The position numbers were made by a program, and so were the translations under genes. Positions 11,285 to 18,966 of a stretch of DNA of 18,966 nucleotides are shown in pieces. Position 1 is the stretch's first letter. The number at the start of each line of letters is the position of its first letter. Source of the DNA: Ginkgo biloba (lineage: Eukaryota > Plantae > Ginkgophyta); NCBI GenBank assembly GCA_024626585.2, contig JANKJI020000002.1, positions 41,242,415 to 41,261,380 of the forward strand, read 5' to 3'. Under the pieces are notes generated by a model. The model did no database searches and was not told the origin of the DNA. It saw only the letters and a list, made by a program, of their open reading frames with translations.

Positions 11285-11603
11285 ATTCCACTTCTGACAT
11301 TTAGACTGGAACTATGTTATTTGATTTCCATCTTTTGAAACTACAGATTTGGCCTCCTCCACCTTTAAGGTATTATTCCACATCGATAGAACTCTTACTA
11401 TGGCTAATTTTACAAATGAAGCCAACCGATTGCACTTCGGCCAAATACACTCGACCAACTTTTTAGCTTCAACCTCATTTGTGAGATGGGTCAATGAGAA
11501 CGATGATTTTCGATTTCATTTTCATAATGATTCTCTTGATTTCTACCCTGCTTTTGAACCTATTTCCTCCTATGCCTCACACATTCCAAGTGAGATTAAT
11601 CAT
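11285..11603 (-). pseudogene. LINE (L1-type) ORF2 N-terminus: APE-like endonuclease fragment
   Basis: From ATG at 11603: MINLTWNV*GIGG...IKRIIMKMKSKIIVLID, frameshift, THL...RVLSMWN. This matches the APE motifs WNVRG (CGA>TGA), DIVxLxETH and GGIxxxW. It lies directly downstream of an ORF1 remnant and ends at a gap. Confidence 0.75.
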
Positions 11604-12267
11604 TTCCTAGCCTTGTATCATTGCTTGTTTGTTAAAGGAGGATAGGGTCCTACATTATTTTTGTTCATAACGCTTCTTGATCTCTAGTGTTGAACATTGA
11701 GGCTCCCCTGCTATCGAGAGCCCCTAGGTTTCCACCACTAGCCCCTCTTGTTGTGTTCCTTGAATATGCTCTGGATCTAGATCTGCCCCTCTACACAAGA
11801 AATTATGGGTTTTCCAAGCCATCCTAGAGCAGAGAAAATTTGTTCTCTTTTTGTGGGAGTGACTCGGGAATTGCATCTCCTCTATTTACATGCAATTCCA
11901 TTAGTGGCTCCCTTTGTTTTTTTACTTGTCTCAAAATCCTCTAATGTCTGAGCACTTTTCTTAATTGCATCTCCCGCCTGCAAATTGGGCAAGGGATCGT
12001 GATTACATGTAATCTGATTCCTTTGTCTCCTTTCTACAGTCTGCCATCCAGCCTCTGTTTGTGAAGTCAATTCCCCTTGCATTACAGATTTTCCTTTTGG
12101 GTCTTTTTCAGTCCAAATCCCAAGTTTTGTGATGGACAGTAGTGTTTGGCTGATCGGTTGAGCCACCACTTTGGTGATTTATATTCCTCCAACCCTGTTG
12201 TGGAGTTTGAGATGAAACTTTAGTGGTAGGTCTCTGTTTGGGACACATTTTCCTTACATGACCCATT
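11604..12267 (-). pseudogene. LINE ORF1 C-terminal half (copy B), from the zinc-knuckle GH onward
   Basis: GHVRK..., GWQTVERRQRNQITCNHDPLPNLQAGDAIKK. Colinear with 12606-13151. Confidence 0.75.
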
Positions 12268-12605
12268 GACTAGGATTAGAATCATGCCCCATCTTGATTC
12301 TCTTAATTAATGTTCTCTTGAAACTCCTTCCTCATGGCTCTTTGACTTGTGGTACCTATACCTAATTTTATATAAATAATATAAATTTCATTCATCATTT
12401 TATATCCATTTAAAAAGGGAAAAGGAAAAGGAAAGGAAAAGAATAATTTGTTGCAATGAGTTTAAGTTATGTTATGATTATTTATAATTTGAATCCACAA
12501 GCATGNNNNNNNNNNNNNNNNNNNNNNNNNNNNNNNNNNNNNNNNNNNNNNNNNNNNNNNNNNNNNNNNNNNNNNNNNNNNNNNNNNNNNNNNNNNNNNN
12601 NNNNN

Positions 12606-13994
12606 TACCCTTGGTTGCCAGGCTCTTCCTTTTGTGTTCCTTGAATAGGATTTGGTTCTAGATCAACCCCTTTCAGGAGGAAACTCCAAATTTTCCAAGC
12701 CATTATGAACTGACAAGAACTTATTTTCCTGCTGTGGGAAAGATTGAGGAGTTGCATCTGCTCTATTTACATGCACCTCCATTAATGGTTCCCTTCTATG
12801 TTTTTGGCTAGTTTGGAATTCCTCTAGCATTTGTACCATTTTCTTTATTGCATCTTCTGCCTGCAACTTGAGTAGGGGGTCCTGATTGCATGTAATCTGA
12901 TTCCTTTTCTTTCTTGTTACAGTTTGCCATCTTGCCTCAATTGTTTTGGTTGGCTCTCCCTCCATCACATAGTTTCCTTTTGGATCCTCCTTTGGTTCAG
13001 GAAGGTGAAATTCATGTTGGACAGAGACGTTTAGCTAATCAGTTGGGCCATCAATCCGGTTGTTTGCATACCTTGCTTTTTGTTGTGCTGCTTGAGATGG
13101 AACTCCAGTGGTGGGTCTCTATTTGGGACAAACTTTCCTTGCATGACCCACTTCATGACAGAGTCAACAACAAAATGGAATCCTTCTATAATCTACCTCC
13201 ACCTTTTGTGTGTGCTTCCTTGCTTTGACAAATATGTATTCCTTAAGTGGTTTTGTGATGTTTGCCTTGATGCATATTTTAGCAATTCCTCTTATTGTGT
13301 GAGCCAAGGTATCTTTGCTAAAAAGCAACACTCTACCAATCAAAGATACAATCTTAGCAAGTTTTTTGGGGACTCTGAACTCATCTGGCAGGTAGGAGAA
13401 AGGAATCCAGGGTTGGTAGGATCAAACATCGGGGTCTATCTCCTTAAGGGTAACCGATAGTTCTTATAGAACCATGGTCCTTTGTAAATATTGCCTCCAT
13501 ATTAGAGAAGGATTGGAAGTAGATATTGAAGTACCCTCTACCCTTATGCTCGAATTCCACCTCATTTCTAATGATGTCTCTCCATGCAATTTCGGCCTAG
13601 CATTGCATCGTTGGCAAAGAAAGGATCTGACCGTTGAACTTCCCAATTAGAGTTCTCGACTAAATATCAACACAAACGTTTTCCAAGTCCTCGCATGCAA
13701 ACTCTATTGCATTCTTAGAATCGACAATTGCTCCTGGAAGATGGCCCACCCCGATTCCACTCACCCTAAAGGGTGCATTGTTGATTTCCTCATCTGTGCT
13801 TGGAATCATGTCCTCGCCCTCCTGGAAGAGGATGAATTCTTGCACCGAGACCAACAACTTGGCCCTTTCTTCTTCCCCAAGACCTTGACTTTATTGGCTT
13901 CTTCTCAACCTTTCATAGAGGGATTCTCCATCCCACGCCTAATATCCTCTCGTACTGCCTCCCTTTGGATGATCCAATCCTCCCCATTGCTCAT
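12606..13994 (-). pseudogene. Plant LINE (L1-type) ORF1: DUF4283 plus zf-CCHC_4 zinc knuckle (copy A)
   Basis: RTLIGKFNGQ...AW...KGRGYFNIYFQS...KGPWFYKNY...*TPMFDP (~13653-13415); IGRVLL...AKICIKANITKPL...VEVDY; C*LCHEVGHARKVC (13170-13129), i.e. CX2CX4HX4C; then a WQTVTRKKR motif. Candidate ATG at 13994. Several stops and frameshifts. Confidence 0.85.
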
Positions 13995-14040
13995 CTACGA
14001 GAGTTGTGGAAGGACCACCTAGTCAACGGAATCCACCCTT

Positions 14041-14053
14041 ACACTGATGACCA
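14041..14053 (-). other. Degenerate tRNA-iMet primer-binding-site-like motif
   Basis: Minus strand reads ...CTATCA|TGGTCATCAGTGT vs canonical TGGTATCAGAGC (1 insertion, 2 mismatches). It directly follows a CA and lies ~47 bp upstream of the ORF1 ATG. Confidence 0.3.
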
Positions 14054-15213
14054 TGATAGATTCTTCATACAACAAATGCTCAAAGATCGCTCCTCCTCCA
14101 CGATTGAAGCTTGAGAATCCTTTGCATTCTCCTCAATGTCCAAAGTAAAGTCAAAATGTGGGTGGTTGCAAAGTCCACAGTTGCAACAATTAGCTAAACA
14201 ATTATTGTGTAAGTTGATAAATGGGAGCCATCTAAAGGTCTACAACGATTAATCATCGTCACAACAAGAACCTTGTAATATATATGTGTTGCAGTATGGT
14301 AGCGGTAATGTTCTTATATGAAAAATCCATAAAATATTGAAAGAAAGTTTAAAATACCTAAAAAGGCCACCTCATCCCCCACCCCCCAAGGCAAGGGCAA
14401 TCTTGACTATGATCTAGTCGGGGGCAGCGTCATAATTTCCTTCAAGAGTGAATAAGAACTGACATATTGAAGGAGGCTCACAAATTGTTTGTGGGAANNN
14501 NNNNNNNNNNNNNNNNNNNNNNNNNNNNNNNNNNNNNNNNNNNNNNNNNNNNNNNNNNNNNNNNNNNNNNNNNNNNNNNNNNNNNNNNNNNNNNNNNAAG
14601 TAATATATGATGAACAACATATTAAGAACTAGCAACATTACATTTTTGTTTTGTGTTTTTTGAAATGGGTCGCTTATAATACAATAAAAGGTAGAAAATT
14701 ACATAATTTTATGGAAGGTCTTCAAAATACAAAATTGATCCTTTATAGAATGTCATTAGACCACCAAAGTGATTCCTTTCAAATAAAGAGTTACCCATTA
14801 TTTACATGTAAAAAAATATGCCACCTATGTAGATTGTAGGCCAAGCACTCAAAAAAAAAAGAGACTTATTTACAAGCTTTACTCACTAAGTAATACAACC
14901 TAATCATATCTTACATAGAATAACTAAGGTCCATTCTAGTAATTTTCCTTAAGAAAGAAAGATATGATTTGTTATTTGGACAAGTTAGTGGAATTATTTT
15001 ATGCTTGTTGATTTATAAAGAATTTTATCCCTGTGACTCCTTGCCATTCTTAGTATAGCATGATGATCTTGTTAAAGACATAATAACAAGAAGCAATGCA
15101 ACATGCATAATAGTTTTAGAGTTCAAGTAATAATAGCTAGTAAATTGGTATCTTGTAGGTGATTTATGTAAACTTTTAGCTCGTGTGAATCTAATATTCT
15201 TTTCTCTTAATCA

Positions 15214-15848
15214 TGTTGGTAAACCACAGAATCTAATATGAAATAGCAGTCATTAAATTCTAATACCAGACAAAAAGTTTTAAAGAACTTTACTCAAGAA
15301 GAGCAGTGGTTCATAATCACACATAAAAGAAGATACAATGGCATACACATAAAGATAACACAGATTTACCTTAGAAAACCCTTGCGAAAAAAATTAGCAA
15401 AAATACTACTTCAAAGTTCTCTTTTCCTCTGTAATTTTTATTAACAGATTATCAAAATTGTAATCTCTATTCAATTACACTTTGCATAACTGTAATCTCT
15501 CTTTTTCTTGATTTTTATCTTATTTAAAATAAGATTCAAATTCATTATTTATATATGCAAAACAACCAGCCCTACACATCAGCCAACCCTCAAAACATCC
15601 GTTCTATGCATGTGCATAAACTTTTGGAACTTGTTATTGCTTGCCGTCTTTTTGATTTTCGGTTGTTGGCTATAGCTACTAGTCGGTCTACAGGAGTTAC
15701 TAGTCACTTGACAGACAGATTGGTATCCTTTGTAGTTACCAATCATTGACTGGTATCCTTTGTAGTTACCAGTCACTATATCAGACCGCTAGTTTACACA
15801 AAATATTTCTTAGCCGAATTACATTGCAAAGATGCAACACATCCAACA
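15214..15848 (-). mobile_element. Solo LTR, probably Ty1/copia (635 bp)
   Basis: Perfect 6-bp terminal inverted repeats TGTTGG...CCAACA. Minus strand has TATATAAATA (~15555-15546) followed by GGGTTTTCTAAGGTAAATCTGTGT, a plant copia U5-like motif. No PBS or PPT adjacent. Confidence 0.8.
15718..15775. repeat. Tandem 30-bp repeat, each unit an inverted repeat, in LTR U3
   Basis: GATTGGTA-TCCTTTGTAGT-TACCAATC and TGACTGGTA-TCCTTTGTAGT-TACCAGTCA. Confidence 0.9.
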
Positions 15849-15850
15849 CA

Positions 15851-16077
15851 TAGGGGTTTAGGGTTAGATGTGAGAGGCTTCCCCTGATATTTATGATTGT
15901 GTACCATCATTTAATGAAGTAATAAATGCGAATTGTATCCCATATATTGTGTCTTGATGTTTATACACTATGTTCATGGTGTTTTCTCTATAATTAATGA
16001 CTGCAAAATCTTCATATGAATGTGCTAACCCATTGCTGATGGTGGGACCCATACCTGGGACCCATTATTAGTCATCA
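15851..16077 (+). mobile_element. 3' fragment of the same LTR-like family as 7532-8543
   Basis: Colinear shared blocks with 8329-8543: TAGGGGTTTAG, GTGAGAGGC, AATAAATGnGAATTGTA, TCTTCATA, CTGATrGTGGG, CCATTATTA, and a CA end. Confidence 0.7.
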
Positions 16078-16089
16078 TGGTGTATTTAT

Positions 16090-16700
16090 GCGATGTAACA
16101 TCAACATATCAATAGTGTGTTATTAGCAGCCTGATGTAATAAAGTCATAGTCTTCGTGCTTACCTCCAAAAGCCTTTTATAAGCTTGTTGTCTTTCAAAA
16201 AAAGAGAATGGAAGCGTTTGAATGGTCTTTTACTTAGGGTAATTTTGCCAAAAAACATCGGAAATTTCTTCCATAAGTGGCTACAATAACAACTTCGTTT
16301 CCTGGCATGGAATTTCATATTGGAATAATCAGTATCTCATATACCATATAGCCAACTTAGGTTATGTTGTCTTCATGAGATATAACACCTGTAGCTTATG
16401 GTGCCTCATACGATGTAACATCAATGTATGAATAATGTATTATTGGTGGCCCCATGTGGGGTCACAGTCTTAGTGCTTCTATAGTGTAACATTAACATAT
16501 CAACAATACAATATTAGCAGCCTGTGTAAGCTCGTTTTGTCTTTAAGTAATAAACTTATGTAGCTTCCCCCAAAATGGAAGCTACTCATAGTGCATCTGA
16601 CATTGAGCAAGAAAAATTCATTCTGGCAGTAAGCACGATCACGACTTCATGTTCCTGGCGTGGAATTTCAAATTGGAATTATCAGCATCTCATATATGGC
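16090..16700. repeat. Old diverged tandem duplication (~320-390 bp period)
   Basis: TGTAACATYAAYRTAT...TATTRGYRGCC motif at ~16092, ~16412 and ~16484. TTCCTGGCRTGGAATTTCAWATTGGAATWATCAGYATCTCATATA at ~16299 and ~16652. Confidence 0.75.
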
Positions 16701-18099
16701 ATTATCTATTTAGTATGCACTTTATGGATAAATCAAAAGTGCCCTTGGCAAAATTAGATAATCAGAAGTATTGAAACAATCACCCTATGCCCACAAATAT
16801 TTCCATTTGGCTAAATATATCTGGTGAACCATGTTTTTGAAAATTGTACTAACTATTTTCTTTAGGGATTATAAGCAGGATATTGGGTTTGTATTGTCGA
16901 TATTCTTTTAAAGAATAGACTGCTCAATGAATATTTTGTNNNNNNNNNNNNNNNNNNNNNNNNNNNNNNNNNNNNNNNNNNNNNNNNNNNNNNNNNNNNN
17001 NNNNNNNNNNNNNNNNNNNNNNNNNNNNNNNNNNNNNNNTTCTCAAACTACCTGATTACTGTGTGCTATTGATCTATGGATTTAATGTTGATCACAAATA
17101 GGATACTAAGCTAATACTGCTGTTATCATTTGATAGGTGAGATCATTTTCTAAGATATTTTTTCTAGAATATGAGCATGCATGCCTGGCAGATGGTGTTG
17201 GATGTTTACCTGAGTAGATGGTATCGTTTGTTTATGGTAGGATCGGCAACCAAGTAGTTATTATTGGCAGTAATAAGCTAGATCGGCTGTGATAAGCAGA
17301 TATTCTTGGTCACAAGGTAATGATTTCATGTTAAACTGGGTCATCATAGATGAAAGAAACAGGATTCAGAAGAAAGATCTGAAGCGATTGGTCGCACCAT
17401 GTGAACATGTTGGTTGCGCTGTGGTTACTCTCTGGTCATACCAGTTACCATCCGTTTGTGCACTCAGTTAAGAGGTTTAAGTGGATACATGCCATTTAAT
17501 GGTTGTAAACTCATTATAATGATTGTTCGTTGAGTATTTAATGCCGCAGATTTTGGCATTGTAATGATCTCATATCCTACCAACTAGTCATTGAAGAGGA
17601 AAGAAGCAATTCCTTGTATTTAGGGGTTTTGGTCATTATTGTGAGAAATCATGACCAAAGCCTTACTTATGTTCTGAAATACTTGTTGATTATGATCACA
17701 TCTGTGATCATTGTATCTTGATGAACATTGAGACCATTGAGAGTGTGTGAGGATATTTTTTGTTCCATATTTTTCCTTTAACATGCAGGATACTTTTGTA
17801 CTCAAATTAGAATAAAAGTTTCTATTCAAAACATACATCGGTTCTATTGCCAAAGTCTAAATCCTTCAAGGGTCATTCAGAGGAGTGGGGTGGGTCTGTG
17901 NNNNNNNNNNNNNNNNNNNNNNNNNNNNNNNNNNNNNNTGCTAAATGCTAGAGGAGATGAGTGCCTTCAAATCCTGAAAGAGAAGAGAGATTGAAAATAG
18001 AAACAGAAATATATTAATGTCCACTAGTGACCCAAAAGTGGTTAGTGCGACTGAGAAATACAAACATGTGGTACAACTCCAAGGGAATGTTGTTGATGA

Positions 18100-18500
18100 C
18101 TCCAAATCTAAAACTAAGCAGCCAGGAAATGCAATAAGTGATACATGGCATATATCCAAAAAATGTGCGAGGGTTTTCCCTTCACACTCCAAATTTGAGT
18201 CTATAAGATGTCATTGAAGTCCACATCATGTCACTAGCATCTCAAATGGGGCTTGTGTGAGGTAGATCTATAGGTCATCCACAACTAAGTAGTGTAATAA
18301 CACCAACCGATGTGAAGGCACTGTTTGATTTGGAAAGGACAATGACATTCATTTCGGTATCATGGTTGTTAGTGAACTCATCTATTAGCCAGCCAACCCC
18401 ATAAAAATGGCATGACCTTGTTTGAGTCCATGCGCACTTCGCAAGTGATAACAAGACCCTGTGTAAACCACCAAAGGTTACTCTATGAGTACCTTAGATT
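18100..18500 (-). pseudogene. Possible highly decayed Ty1/copia RT C-terminal remnant
   Basis: Allowing frameshifts, the minus strand gives GLVIT..KCA, then TL..LVVDDL*IYLT..SPI*DA..MM, echoing GIFISQxKYA...TLYRQLVGSLIYLTxTRPDISYAV. Weak. Confidence 0.25.
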
Positions 18501-18748
18501 GCTTCAACTCCATAAGCAATCAACAAAATGATTATTCAGACTCCATGAGCAATTGCCCAACATCTACTAGACTGAATGTCCTTGTCCTTTCCAAAACAAA
18601 CAACTATCCTTCCATGGTAGTAAAATACAAAAATGTCTGCAAATTAGAACACTAGAAAAGAGTAAATAAGAGAATGGAGAATGAATGACAATAAAGTTTC
18701 TCAACACGTTGCTTTGGTTAAATAGGAGGATGTGTGACCCAAAGCCTT

Positions 18749-18885
18749 CTTGGCTTTTGGCTTTTGGCTCTTCACTTCTCCTTTTGTCTTTTGAAAGTCC
18801 CAACTCCTCTTTAAATTAGGGATGTCGAGTGTGCTTCCCCATTGGGCAGGGTACCAGAATTGGGGACAGTACCCGCATTGGGAAC
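18749..18885. repeat. Short tandem repeats in probable TE non-coding sequence
   Basis: About three copies of TTGGCTT at ~18750-18770, and imperfect ~18-19 bp ATTGGG...GTACC units at ~18841-18885. Confidence 0.45.
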
Positions 18886-18966
18886 GCAGATGCAGGTGTG
18901 GGCCATACCCAACCATCCTTGTGTCTCGTCCCCCTATCCCCAACTCAAGACCCGCCAAAAAACACT

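Noticed and set aside
11600-11603. ATGA overlap between ORF1 stop and ORF2 start
   Set aside because: The ORF1 reading frame near its end cannot be fixed because of indels and stops.
12914-14022. Plus-strand ORFs of 93-126 aa (12914, 13080, 13741)
   Set aside because: Antisense shadows of the minus-strand LINE ORF1.
1377-14638. ORF-track entries containing long X runs
   Set aside because: Artefacts of reading through N-gaps.
15718-15775. CRISPR-like palindromic repeat
   Set aside because: Only two units, no unique spacers, eukaryotic LTR context, no cas genes.
15851-15866. GGGTTTAGGGTTAG, telomere-like
   Set aside because: About two units only, part of an LTR motif also seen near 8330.
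17040-17620. Possible host-gene terminal exon or 3' UTR (ORF 17289-17471)
   Set aside because: No recognisable protein and no convincing splice structure; would need RNA-seq.

Overview
Fragmented, AT-rich, CpG-depleted plant scaffold with 13 N-gaps. The repeat style suggests a large gymnosperm/conifer-type genome (inference only). No intact host gene, RNA gene or CRISPR is supportable; the window consists mostly of decayed retrotransposons. Contents: (i) a degenerate minus-strand Ty3/gypsy chromovirus pol (RT-RNaseH-integrase-chromodomain, 8544-11184), two more integrase copies of the same family (4869-5510 with PPT and probable 3' LTR; 6753-7531), and unrelated gypsy RT (+, ~6031-6407) and integrase (+, 1493-1665) fragments; (ii) several LTR-like segments, including a Copia-type solo LTR (15214-15848); (iii) a decayed plant L1-type LINE 5' module that only appears when translating through stops and frameshifts: ORF1 with DUF4283 and a CX2CX4HX4C knuckle (12606-13994), a second ORF1 C-half (11604-12267) and the start of ORF2's APE endonuclease (11285-11603). 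This LINE module sits on the same strand directly upstream of the gypsy RT, where gag/protease would be expected, and follows a PBS-like motif. It could be a LINE/LTR chimeric element, but a 100-N gap lies at the junction, so nesting or a scaffolding artefact is equally possible. All domain calls come from manual translation and motif recognition, not database searches.
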